Source: Mobula hypostoma (taxonomy: Eukaryota). Taken from it: a stretch of DNA of 64,000 nt. A program made the position numbers and the translations under genes. How positions within the stretch are numbered: the first letter of the stretch is position 1; every line of letters begins with the position of its first letter. The notes under the pieces are model-generated. The model had not been told where the DNA came from. It did not search any database and worked only from the letters and a program-made list of their open reading frames with translations. The stretch spans positions 29,140,001 through 29,204,000 of the forward strand of contig NC_086114.1 in the NCBI RefSeq assembly GCF_963921235.1, given 5' to 3'. Shown here one piece after another: positions 48,535 through 60,679 of the stretch.

Positions 48535-51405
48535 TGAGGGGGGTGCTGTACTGTTGGAGAGACAGTACTGAGGGAGCGTCACACTGTCAGATGTACGGTA
48601 CTGAGGGAGTGTCACACTGTCAGAGGGACAGTACTGAGGGAGTGTCACACTGTCAGAGGGACAGTGCTGAGGGAATGTCACACTGTCAGAGGGACAGTAC
48701 TGAGGGGATGCTGTACTGTTGGAGAGACAGTACTGAGGGAGTGTTACACTGTCAGAGGGACAGTACTGAGGGAGTGTCACACTGTCAGAGGGACAGTACT
48801 GAGGGGATGCTGTACTGTTGGAGAGACAGTACTGAGTGAGTGTCACACTGTCAGATGTACGGTACTGAGGGAGTGTCACACTGTCAGAGGGACAGTACTG
48901 AGGGAGTGTCACACTGTCAGAGGGACAGTGCTGAGGGAATGTCACACTGTCAGAGGGACAGTACTGAGGGAGTGTCTCACTGTCAGAGGGACAGTACAGA
49001 GGGAGTGTCTCACTGTCAGAGGGACAGTACTGAGGGAGTGTCACACTGTCAGAGGGACAGTATTGAGGGTGTGTCACACTGTCAGAGGGACATTACTGAG
49101 GGAGTGTCACACTGTCAGAGGGTCAGTACTGAGGGAGTGTCACACTGTCAGAGGGACATTACTGAGGGAGTGTCACACTGTCACAGAGACAGTACTGAGG
49201 GGATGCTGTACTGTTGGAGAGACAGTACTGAGGGAGTGTCACACTGTCAGAGAGACAGTACTGAGGGAGTGTCACACTGTCAGAGGGACAGTACTGAGGG
49301 AGTGTCACAGTGTCAGAGGGACAGTGCTGAGGGAGTGTCATACTGTCAGAGGGACAGTACTGAGGGAGTGTCACACTCTCAGAGGGACAGCACTGAGGGA
49401 GTGTCATGCTGTCAGAGAGACAGTACTGAGGGGATGCTGTACTGTTGGAGAGACAGTACTGAGGGACTGTCACACTGTCAGAGGAACAGTACTGAGGGAG
49501 TGTCTCACTGTCAGAGAGACAGTATAGAGGGAGTGTCTCACTCTCAGAGGGTCAGTACTGAGGGAGTGTCACACTGTCAGAGGGACAGTGCTGAGGGAGT
49601 GTCACACTGTCAGAGGGACAGTACTGAGGGGATGCTGTACTGTTGGAGAGACAGTACTGAGGGAGTGTTACACTGTCAGAGGAACAGTACTGAGGGAGTG
49701 TCTCACTGTCAGAGGGACAGTACAGAGGGAGTGTCTCACTGTCAGAGGGACAGTACAGAGGGAGTGTCTCACTCTCAGAGGGTCAGTACTGAGGGAGTGT
49801 CACACTGTCAGAGGGACAGTATTGAGGGTGTGTCACACTGTCAGAGGGACAGTACTGAGGGGATGCTGTACTGTTGGAAAGACAGTACTGAGGGAGTGTT
49901 ACACTGTCAGAGGAACAGTACTGAGGGAGTGTCTCACTGTCAGAGGGACAGTACAGAGGGAGTGTCTCACTGTCAGAGGGACAGTACTGAGGGAGTGTCT
50001 CACTGTCAGAGGGACAGTACAGAGGGAGTGTCTCACTCTCAGAGGGTCAGTACTGAGGGAGTGTCACACTGTCAGAGGGACAGTACTGAGGGAGTGTCAC
50101 ACTGTCAGAGAGACAGTACTGAGGGAGTGTCACACTGTCAGAGGGACAGTACTGAGGGGATGCTGTACTGTTGGAGAGACAGTACTGAGAGAGTGTCACA
50201 CTGTCAGAGGGACAGTACTGAGGGGATGCTGTACTGTTGGAGAGACAGTACTGAGGGAGTGTCTCACTGTCAGAGGGACAGTACTGAGGGGATGCTGTAC
50301 TGTTGGAGAGACAGTACTGAGGGAGTGTTACACTGTCAGAGAGACAGTACTGAGGGAGTGTCACACTGTCAGAGGGACACTACTGAGGGGATGCTGTACT
50401 GTTGGAGAGATAGTACTGAGGGACTGTCACACTGTCAGAGGAACAGTACTGAGGGAGTGTCTCACTGTCAGAGGGACAGTACAGAGGGAGTGCCTCACTG
50501 TCAGAGGGTCAGTACTGAGGGAGTGTCACACTGTCAGAGGGACAGTACTGAGGGAGTGTCATGCTGTCAGAGGGACAGTACTGAGGGGATGCTGTACTGT
50601 TGGAGAGACAGTACTGAGGGACTGTCACACTGTTAGAGGAACAGTACTGAGGGAGTGTCTCACTGTCAGAGAGACAGTATAGAGGGAGTGTCTCACTCTC
50701 AGAGGGTCAGTACTGAGGGAGTGTCACACTGTCAGAGGGACAGTGCTGAGGGAGTGTCACACTGTCAGAGGGACAGTACTGCGGGAGTGTCACACTCTCA
50801 GAGGGACAGTACTGAGGGAGTGTCACACTGTTAGAGGGACAGTACTGAGGGAGTGTCTCACTGTCAGAGAGACAGTATAGAGGGAGTGTCTCACTCTCAG
50901 AGGGTCAGTACTGAGGGAGTGTCACACTGTCAGAGGGACATTACTGAGGGAGTGTCACACTGTCAGAGAGACAGTACTGAGGGAGTGTCACACTGTCAGA
51001 GGGACAGTGCTGAGGGAGTGTCACACTGTCAGAGGGACAGTACTGAGGGAGTGTCACACTCTCAGAGGGACAGTACTGAGGGAGTGTCACACTGTCAGAG
51101 AGACAGTACTGAGGGAGTGTCACACTGTCAGAGGAACAGTACTGAGGGGATGCTGTACTGTTGGAGAGACAGTACTGAGGGACTGTCACACTGTCAGAGG
51201 GACAGTACAGAGGGAGTGTCACACTGTCAGAGGGTCAGTACTGAGGGAGTGTCACACTGTCAGAGGGACAGTACTGAGGGAGTGTCTCACTGTCAGAGGG
51301 ACAGTACTGAGGGAGTGTCACACCATTAGAGGGACAGTACTGAGGGAGTGTCGCACTGTCAGAGGGACAGTACTGAGGGAGTGTTGCATTGTTGCCTGGA
51401 CAGTA
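48535..51405. repeat. 33-bp minisatellite, roughly 87 units of two main types
   Basis: GAGGGAGTGTCACACTGTCAGAGGGACAGTACT and GAGGGGATGCTGTACTGTTGGAGAGACAGTACT; 11-aa periodic ORFs. Confidence 0.98.
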
Positions 51406-51699
51406 CTGCTGCCCTGTTGAAAGAAGATTGCTCAAACATTCTACATTATTTGAAGAGCAATTCTAAGTGAGAACTAAACTACAACCATGTCAGCATGAGT
51501 GTGTGCGCTTTGCTATACTATGGGAGTACGCCAGTGTTGGAGGGGCAGTAGTGGGGACTGTTTGCATGCTGGAGGATGATATTAGCACAGGGCAGTGTTG
51601 AAGGAGGGCTCCATTATCAGACTGAGGGACATTTTCGCTGTCTGAAATATTGTAATGTGTGAAGAAATATTGTCATGATGCCCTGTGGATCTGAGGGGA

Positions 51700-51925
51700 A
51701 TACACTAATAACACATTGTGAATCCCTTCCCTGTACTGATTGAAATATTTCACAGGAACAAATGAGATTATTGCTGTTAGTGGGATCTTACTTTACACAA
51801 AATTGTGCCATATTTGACTTTGCAGCAACAGACTCTGAGCTGCAAATTAATTCGTTCAGCATGAATCAGATTGGTACATTTTGGAGGTGTGAAAAGGTAG
51901 TGTTTCAATGAAAATGTTTGTTTTC
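51700..51925 (+). mobile_element. Deu-SINE 3' half downstream of the minisatellite
   Basis: ATTGCTGTTAGTGGGATCTTAC..CAAAATTG..GAGGTGTGAAAAGG, matching the Deu-SINE tail. Confidence 0.55.
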
Positions 51926-52267
51926 TCTCAATCTCATGGGTCATTACGAATCTGGAAGGTGTCTGTTCAGTGGTAATCTCTCCCAATTAATTAAAATATT
52001 TAAAATGAGATTCACATTCTAATTCCATAATTCATGTTAATGCTGTTATATCTTATCTCACTTAGCTTTTTCTTGGAAGGAGCTTTTATTGATATCTTAG
52101 TGCATTATTATCTCTTAAACCACAGCTGAACGGATGTGAATAAGTCTTCCAGTTTTAATCTTCACAATCTTTAATAGAGGATGCTTAATCTGCCCGGTGC
52201 TATTGGATTATTTGCCAGAAAAGAGTTTAGATGTTACAATTGTCAGGAGATTTGTTTCCAGCCTCAG

Positions 52268-52400
52268 NNNNNNNNNNNNNNNNNNNNNNNNNNNNNNNNN
52301 NNNNNNNNNNNNNNNNNNNNNNNNNNNNNNNNNNNNNNNNNNNNNNNNNNNNNNNNNNNNNNNNNNNNNNNNNNNNNNNNNNNNNNNNNNNNNNNNNNNN
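52268..52400. other. Assembly gap next to a CA-rich tract
   Basis: N run. Confidence 1.
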
Positions 52401-53107
52401 CTAGACACACAGATACAGACATTCCACACATGCACCACACACCTGCATACTTCACATATATGCAAGGTACACTCCTCAGGTACCACACATGCATACACAT
52501 TTGACACACAGGCACACAAACTTGCTATATACACACCCAAACATATATGCACAAGCAGACACACAGTGTCAGAAGTTACTCCTGCTTCGCTACTGCTCTT
52601 CACAGTAGAGAATGGCCCTTTTTCTAAAACTTGAAATAGTCTTGTTTTCTATATTTTGCTAGTTCTGGTCATCTTTCTGAAATATCGGCCCTGCTTCTCT
52701 CTCCACAGATGTTGACAGAACTGGCTAAACTTTTCCAACAAATTCAGATTTCCTCCATCTGCAGGTTTTTTTTGGGCTTCTTATTGAAAACTGTGCCATT
52801 ACATTGAAGAGGAGTAGTGTATTGCATTGTGCATTTTCCTGCTATTCTGGGTCTGTTTAGGAGAGCCCGCCCTTTAGACACTACCAGTTCCTACCATGGG
52901 AAATAGGAACAATCTGTGTCAGATTAAAGGCATTGATTGGCTTGGCGATCTTACTGCTTATTGATTTAATTTGTAAATCTCCAACTCTTAGCCCCAGAGT
53001 CAAAATAAACTAGGGGAAAAAATGCCTGCCCCAGTTAATCTTTCTTAGAAAGGGGGCAGAAAATTTCACATGTGGTTAACCCTGAAGATGTGTCTTAAAA
53101 CATACAT

Positions 53108-54101
53108 CAAGGTTCAAAATAAATGTATTATCAATGTATGTATATATGTATCAATATACAACCCTGAGATTCATTTTCTTGCGGGCATACTCAGTAAATC
53201 CAAGAACCATAATACAATCAATGAAAGACTTCACCCAATACGGCCTACGAACAGCCAATGTGCAAAAGACAACAAACTGTGCAATTACAAAAGAGAATAA
53301 TAATAAATAAATAAGCAATAAATATTGAGAGCTTGTGATGAGTCCATAGGTTGTGGGAACAGTTTAGTGTTGGGGCAAGTGAAGTTATCCCTGCTGGCTC
53401 AAGAGCTTGATGATTGAGGGGTAATAGCTGTTTAACAACCTGGTGGTGTGAGTCCTGAGGCTCCTGTACCTTCTTCCTAATGGCAGCAGTGTGAAGAGAA
53501 CATGACCAGGGTGGTGTGTGTCCCTGATGATGGCTGCTGCTTTCCTGTGACTGACAGCGCTCCATGTAGATGTGGTCAATGGAGGGGAGAGCTTTACCGA
53601 CGATGGACTGGGCCATATTCATTACTTTTTGTAGGGTTTTCTGTTCAAGGGCATTAGTGTTTCCATACCAGGCTGTGATGCAGCCAGTCAAAATACTCTC
53701 CACTACACATCTATCGAAGTTTGTCAAAGTTTTAGATGTCATGCAAATTCTTGGTAAATTTCTGAGGAAGTAGAGGCATTGGTGTGCTTTCTTCGAAATT
53801 GCACGGACCTGCTGGACCCAGGACAGGTCCTCTGAAATGATAGCACTGAGGAACTTAGCCGCTGACCGTCTTCACCTTTGAATTCCTGATGAGTGCTGGC
53901 TCATGGACCTCTAGTTTCTTCCTCCTGAAGTCCATAATCAGCTCCTCGGTCTTGCTGATATTGAGTAAGAGGTTGTTATTGTGGCACCACTCAGCCAGGT
54001 TTCCAGTCTCCCTCCTATATGCTGATTCTTCGTCACCTTCGATTCGGCAATGGCAGTGGTGTCATCAGCAAACTTAAGTATGGCATTGGAGCTGTGCTCA
54101 G

Positions 54102-54156
<55 letters not shown>

Positions 54157-54240
54157 AGTATAAAGTCAGTAGGGCAGGGTGCTAAGCACATAGCCTGTGC
54201 TGATGGAGATGTGGAGGAGATATTGTTGTCAATCCAAACT
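53108..54240 (-). mobile_element. Rex1/Babar LINE RT C-terminus and 3' end, containing (CA)n at 54103-54153
   Basis: SSNAILKFADDTT; TLTNFDRCVVESILTGCITAWYGN; HPGHVLFTLLPLGRRYRSLRT. Confidence 0.88.
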
Positions 54241-54429
54241 TAGTACATATACATACACAGAGCTTCTAGGACAATACAGCTTTTAGATCAATGCCTCATC
54301 CACCACTCTGAATTCCGTGCACGTGTTTGTGCATACTGTATGTCGAAAAATCAACTTTTACCCTGACCGCACTCTCTTCACTCTACCGTTGCTGTAACGT
54401 GTGCTGTAATTGGAAATATTAACCCTGAT

Positions 54430-55353
54430 AAGCACAAGAGATTCTGCAGATGCTGGAAATCCAGAGCAACACACTCAGAATGCTGGAGGGACTCGGCAGC
54501 ATCCATGAAAATAAATAAACAGTTGACATTTCAGGCTGAGACTCTTCGTCAGGACTGGAAAGGAAAGGGGGAAGTTACCAGAATACAGGATCCTGCTACC
54601 AAGCACACCTTTACTTCCCCACCCCACTCTCTGCTTTATGCATGGACTGTTTGCTCCATGATTCCCTTGACCATTTGTTCCTCCCCACTAATCTCCCTCC
54701 TGCACATATCCCTGCAAGTGATAGAAATGTTACACCTGCCCACTCACCTCCATTCAGGGCTCCAAACAGTCCTTCCAGGTGAAGCAACACTTCACCTGTG
54801 AATCTGTTGGGGCCGCCTATTGTGTCTGGTGCTCCTGATGCAGCCTTCTCTACATCGGTGAGACCCGACATAAACTGGGGACCGTTCCATTGAGCACCCC
54901 CGCTCTATCAGCCAAAAGTAGAATTTCCTGGTGGCTAACTATTTTAATTTGTACTCATATTCCTGTTCCGACATGTTGGTTCCGATAAGCCTCTTCCGCC
55001 ACAATGAAAGCACTCTCAGGGTGGAGGAATAATTCCTCATATTCTATCTGGGTAGTCTCCAACCTGATGGCATGAACATCGATTTCTCCTTCAGGTAATA
55101 TTTTTTCCTCTTTTTTTATTTTCTCTCTTTTTCTGTTCCCCTCTCTGGCTTCTTAACCATTCTCTTCACCTGCCAATCACCTCCTGTTTCTGCCCCTCTT
55201 TCCTCCCTTTCCCCAGTGGTCCACTCTTCTCTGCTCTCACATTCCTTCTTCTCCAGCCTTTACCTTTCCCACCCACCAGACTTCACCTATCACCTGTCCT
55301 CATTCCCCTCCCCCACCTTTCTATTTTGTCGTCTTCCCCCTTTCTTTCCAGTC
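54430..55353 (+). mobile_element. Penelope-like element: inverted terminal repeat plus GIY-YIG remnant
   Basis: 54430-54586 is an inverted terminus with a hammerhead core on the minus strand (54521-54556); + strand AYCVWCS*CSLLYIGETR..LGSLQPDGMNIDFS; flanked by ATTAAC(CC/TA)TGAT. Confidence 0.88.
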
Positions 55354-58300
55354 ATTAACTATGATTCTCTCTTCACAAATGCTGATCCAGTCATGAGGTC
55401 ATGGAAAGAGGTCTGTCAGCCAACAGAATCACTCTGTGACTCCAGTATAAATGGAAGTACCAAAGCCTCATTTATATTAAAGTCAAAGAGTAATGCAGCA
55501 TGGAAAAAGGCCCTTTGGCACAATTTGTCCCTCAGACCAAGATGTCCATTGAAGCTAGTGCCATTTGGACCATATCCCTCTTAATCTAATTGGGGACTAA
55601 TCCCATTTTTGTTTCTCACCACATCCCCTACAACTCTCCCCGATTGTACCAGTGACAAGGGTAATTTAAAGTGGTCAGTTAACTGCCAACCCGCCATTTT
55701 TGAGATATATGAGGAAATCACTGGCTATTTCCTGCAATTTTTCTTTTTCTTTCTGATTTCCACCATTTGCGACATTTTGGTTTAGTATATATATTTTGAA
55801 TATTTTATTCAGGAATGTGGATGTCACTGGTAATAGTGCTATCTACTGCCAACTCTTTGGGAACATGTGCGGAGCTACCTTCTGTTACCTGTGCTGAGCA
55901 CGTGGTGAAATTTCAGAGTGGTGCTGGCTGGAAGTTCCAAGATTTTGATTCAGTGACAATGATATATTCCCAGCTCAGGAATGAGCTGGGTGGGATTGCT
56001 CAGCTGGTGGCATTGCCATCCTTGTCCTTCTCAGAAGTAGAGGTCACAAGCTTGGGAGGTACGTCACTTCATTTCTCTGCTGCTCCCCCTATTATCTTCA
56101 GAGCCAAAAATTCATTGGAACTGATGTAACTGGGATGGAAAAATAGCAACTTGTGAAGCATTTACAGAAGGGAATAAATCACTTGCTGAGTAAGAGGAAC
56201 TCTCCGTGATAAATGTGCTGCATATAATAAGCCACAGTTGGCTTTATGTGATGATATCTCAAGCCCTGCCCTGATCTTGTCACGCTCCTTGCTGCTAAAT
56301 TGCTTACGGGCACAGAAAACAAAAGCTGGTTAATTTTCTCATTCTGGGTAATAGGATTGTTCTGGATTAATTTCTGTGCTCAATGTCACTCGGTCGTAGA
56401 GATGGCAAAAATCCCAAAAGGCATCATTAATTTTGTCAGTGATTTTTTTTTTAACATAATGTCTATGATTATGAATCATTAAGCCGGTCTGGAGTGAGAT
56501 TTGTTGCGGAGAAAAGTGTGGTGTTGACTGATGTGATTCAGTTACAGTGTCAGCAGGAAAGTGCGGGCTCTCTTTAATAATGACACCGCCTACTGTAATA
56601 GGAGTTAAATATTATTTAGGGCTGAGAGACACAGTCCTCAGATACTTAAGTGCTTCAGTCTTTTCTGCAGAGTTTGCTGATAGATTACTGATCAAATCGT
56701 GTTTTTGTTAGCTGAGTTCCAGGTTGAGTATTGGAGGAGCCTATCGATAGAGTTTTGACCAGCATTAGAAAGAGGAAATTTCCAATTTCTGCTAATTGAA
56801 TGGCTAATGTCACAGGATATTTATTCCAATAGAAAAGAACCCTTGCAACCAACATGTGCAAGAATGGCAGCTTGATTTGCTTACTGTTTTAATATCTGAC
56901 CTTGGGATGAATTTGAGACCATATCTGCACCTTCACTCAATTGCCTGTTTTCAACTCAGTTACCGTACCCAGACATAGTCTTGCCTCTGTTTAGCTGCAC
57001 TAGAAGACTTCCAACATGGCAATATCGTGTCTGGATTTGACTATTCCATTACATCCTTTGCCATTTCCCGCATTCCGCCTCCGTAATCTTGTACTTGACA
57101 AGACTTGGCTGCCTATATCCTAGGTTTCTCCATTCATTGACCTTGTGTTCCTTGACTTACATTGGCCCATGGTTAATCTACAACTCAGTTTAAAAACCTT
57201 CTTCTTTGTTTTTCTATTCCCTGGGATGGGATTTTTTCAGATATCAGGAGAGACTGGGTAGGCTGGGATTGTTTTACTTGGAGTAGGGAGGCTGTGGGAA
57301 GGGAGGGGTTGGAGTGACGAGGTGTACAAAGTTATCTGAGGCATCAAAAATAAACTTTTCTCATAGCGGGCTTGTCTAAGACCAGATGTCTGAGATTTAA
57401 GATGAAGAGTGTGAGATTTAAGAGAGGACCTGAGAAAGAATACAGAAAGTGGTTGCAGTCTGGAATGCACTGCCTTAGAGGGTAGTGGAGATAGGTATTC
57501 TCTCAACATTTAGAAGCACCTGAATGCATAATAAGCTATGGACCAAGGGTTGGGAAATGAGATGGGAACTTGATAGTTGACATAGGACCATAAGATATAA
57601 CAGCAGAATTAGGCCATTTGGCCCATCGAATCTGCTCTGCCATTTCATCATGGTTGATCCAAGTTTTCTCTCAGTCCCAGTCTCCTGCCTTCTCTCTGTA
57701 TCTCTTCATGTCTCGACCAATCAAGAATCTATCAACCTCTGCCTTAAATAAACATAAAGACTTGACCTCCATAGCTGCCTGTGGCAAAGAATCCTCAGAT
57801 TCACCTCTCTCTGGCTAAAGATATTCCTCCACATCTCCATTCAAAAGGAAGATCCTTTATTCTAAGGCTTTGTCCAAGATAGGAAACATCCTCTCCACAT
57901 CCACTCTATCAAGACCTCTCACCATTCGATAGGTTTCAATTAGGACTCCCTTCAAACTTCTGAACTCTAGCGAGGTTCACACTCCATCAAATGCTCTTCA
58001 TAAGACAAGCCATTCAATCCTGGAATCATTTTCATGAATCTCTTTTGAACCCTCTCCAGTTGTAGCACGACCTTTAGAAGATAAGGGGAGAAAACTGCTC
58101 GCAGTACTCCAAGTGAGGCTTCACCAGTGCTCTATAAAGTTTCAACATTACATCCTCGAGTTTATAATCTAGTCCTCTTGAAATGAATGCTAACATTGTA
58201 CTTGCCTTCCTCACCACAGACTCAAAATTTTAATGACTCTTCTTTAAAGGTCATTATTAATGCCTCCAGAATTTCTTTAGCCACCTCTTTCAGAACCCTC

Positions 58301-58652
58301 GGGTGTAACTATCAGGTCCAGGTGACTTACCTACCTTCAGACCTTTCAGTTGCCCAAGAAATTTCTCTCTAGTAATGGTAACTTCACACACCTCATGACC
58401 CCTGACACCTGGAACATCCACCAAGCTGTTAATATCTTCTACAGAGAAGACTGATGTAAAATATTTATTCTGTTTGTCCTCCATTTCCTTGTCTCCCATT
58501 ATTACATCTCCAGCATAATTTTCCAGTGGTCTAATATACACTCCTGCCTCTCTTTTGGACTTAATGTATCTGAAGAAACTTTTGGTATCCTCTTTAATAT
58601 TATTGGTGAGGTTACTTTCGCATTCCACGTTTACCTTCTTAATGACTTTTTA

Positions 58653-59902
58653 CAAACAAGACAAAATCTGCAAACAACAGGAATTCTGCAGATGCTGGAA
58701 ATTCAAGCAACATACATCAAAGTTGCTGGTGAACGCAGTAGGCCAGGCAGCATCTATAGGAAGAGGCGCAGTCGACGTTTCAGGCCGAGACCCTTCGTCA
58801 GGACTAACTGAAGGAAGAGTGAGTAAGGGATTTGAAAGCTGGAGGGGGAGGGGGAGATGCAAAATGATAGGAGAAGACAGGAGGGGGAGGGATGGAGCCA
58901 AGAGCTGGACAGGTGATAGGCAGAAGGGGATACGAGAGGATCATGGGACAGGAGGTCCGGGAAGAAAGACGGGGGGGGGTGACCCAGAGGATGGGCAAGA
59001 GGTATATTCAGAGGGACAGAGGGAGAAAAAGGAGAGTGAGAGAAAGAATGTGTGCATTAAAAAGAGTAACAGATGGGGTACGAGGGGGAGGTGGGGCCTA
59101 GCGGAAGTTAGAGAAGTCAATGTTCATGCCATCAGGTTGGAGGCTACCCAGACGGAATATAAGGTGTTGTTCCTCCAACCTGAGTGTGGCTTCATCTTTA
59201 CAGTAGAGGAGGCCGTGGATAGACATGTCAGAATGGGAATGGGATGTGGAATTAAAATGTGTGGCCACTGGGAGATCCTGCTTTCTCTGGCGGACAGAGC
59301 ATAGATGTTCAGCAAAGCGGTCTCCCAGTCTGCGTCGGGTCTCACCAATATATAAAAGGCCACATCGGGAGCACCGGACGCAGTATATCACCCCATCGAC
59401 TCACAGGTGAAGTGATGCCTCACCTGGAAGGACTGTTTGGGGCCCTGAATGGTGGTAAGGGAGGAAGTGTAAGGGCATGTGTAGCACTTGTTCCGCTTAC
59501 ACGGATAAGTGCCAGGAGGGAGATCAGTGGGGAGGGATGGGGGGGACGAATGGACAAGGGAGTTGTGTAGGGAGCGATCCCTGCAGAATGCAGAGAGAGG
59601 CGGGGAGGGAAAGATATGCTTAGTGGTGGGATCCCGTTGGAGGTGGCGGAAGTTACGGAGAATAATATGTTGGACCCGGAGGCTGGTGGGGTGGTAGGTG
59701 AGGACCAGGGGAACCCTATTCCTAGTGGGGTGGTGGGAGGATGGAGTGAGAGCAGATGTACGTGAAATGGGGGAGATGCGTTTAAGAGCAGAGTTGATAG
59801 TGGAGGAAGGGAAGCCCCTTTCTTTAAAAAATGAAGACATCGACTGTACTTTTTTCCATAGATGCTGCCTAGCCTGCTGAGTTCCTCAGCATTTTGTGTG
59901 TG
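58653..59902 (-). mobile_element. Young Penelope-like element: RT C-terminus, Zn-knuckle linker, GIY-YIG endonuclease (one frameshift) and terminal repeat
   Basis: FFKERGFP..RVPLVLTYHP..CKRNKCYTC; IYCVRCSRCGLLYIGETRRRLGDRFAEH..VATHF..LQPDGMN; TSD TTAATGACTT(T/C)TTA at 58639-58652 and 59903-59916. Confidence 0.95.
58770..58805 (-). ncRNA. Minimal type-I hammerhead ribozyme motif in the PLE terminal repeat
   Basis: AGUC-CUGACGA-AGG(GUCUCGG)CCU-GAAAC-GUC|GACU: stem I AGUC/GACU, intact core, stem II, palindromic ACGU helix III, GUC cleavage triplet. Confidence 0.8.
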
Positions 59903-60206
59903 TTAATGACTTCTTAGTTGCCTTCTGATGGTTTTTAAAAGCTTCGCAATCATCTAACTTCCCACTAATATTTGCTCTATTATATGCCCTCCCTTTGGCT
60001 TTAATGTTGGCTTTGACTTCTCTTGCTAGCCATGGTTGTGTCACTTTTCCTTTGGAATTCTTCTTCCTCTTTGAATGTATATATCCAACGCCTTGAATTG
60101 CTTCCAGAAATTCCTGCCATTGCTGCTCTGCTATCATTCCTGCCAGTGTTCTTTTCCAGTCAATTCTGGCCAACTCCCCTTTCATGCCTCTGTAATTCCC
60201 TTTACT

Positions 60207-60544
60207 CTGACTTGACCCAGGAGTGGAGGAATGGCAGAATCCTCATGAAGAGATGGAAACAAGCGGTTAGGCACAGGAATATCAGCTGAGTCTCAGAGAG
60301 ACACCACAAGACAACTTATTGTGTATAACATAGGGGCTGCACTGAAGAGCTAACTAGAGACTCTTTAAATAAGCATAGAATGTGGGAAACACGTGTCAGT
60401 CACAATTAACTTGACAAGATTAACTCAAAAACATAAGGGCTTAGTGGCTCTAGTTAAAAGAACAGTTAGTAAATACAGGTGCTCAAGAAATCTGGAAAAT
60501 CAATATTCTTTAGGTAGCTGCAGAGGCCCGAAGGTTTCATGACA
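60207..60544. mobile_element. Possible LTR fragment
   Basis: Ends in CATGACA and abuts the CR1 truncation point; no TSD or partner LTR seen. Confidence 0.25.
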
Positions 60545-60679
60545 TAATGAAACCCAAAAGCAGCAACTGTTCCCAGCACCTGCACATCACTTATTCCCAC
60601 ATCTCTGCACCCATGGCCCACTGAGGCGAGGGCTTCCTGTCGCTAGTTTTGGAAGAAAATAGTCAAAAATCTTAGAAAA

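Larger units (their letters stand above)
57587..60210 (-). mobile_element. CR1 LINE (3' end plus ORF2 region upstream of RT), interrupted by a PLE
   Basis: NIKEDTKSFFRYIKSKR..KYFTSVFS..LKVGKSPGPD; MKGELARIDW..QPWLAREVKANIK. Confidence 0.9.

Noticed and set aside
48535-51405. CRISPR-like array
   Set aside because: Head-to-tail tandem units without unique spacers, no cas genes, and eukaryotic context.
48520-51435. Long Cys/His-rich ORFs (up to 598 aa) as a real repeat protein
   Set aside because: They result from a 33-bp stop-poor unit that is open in several frames on both strands, with no unique N- or C-terminal coding context.
58555-59304. 249-aa + strand ORF
   Set aside because: Antisense to the PLE and CR1 sequence and crosses an insertion junction.
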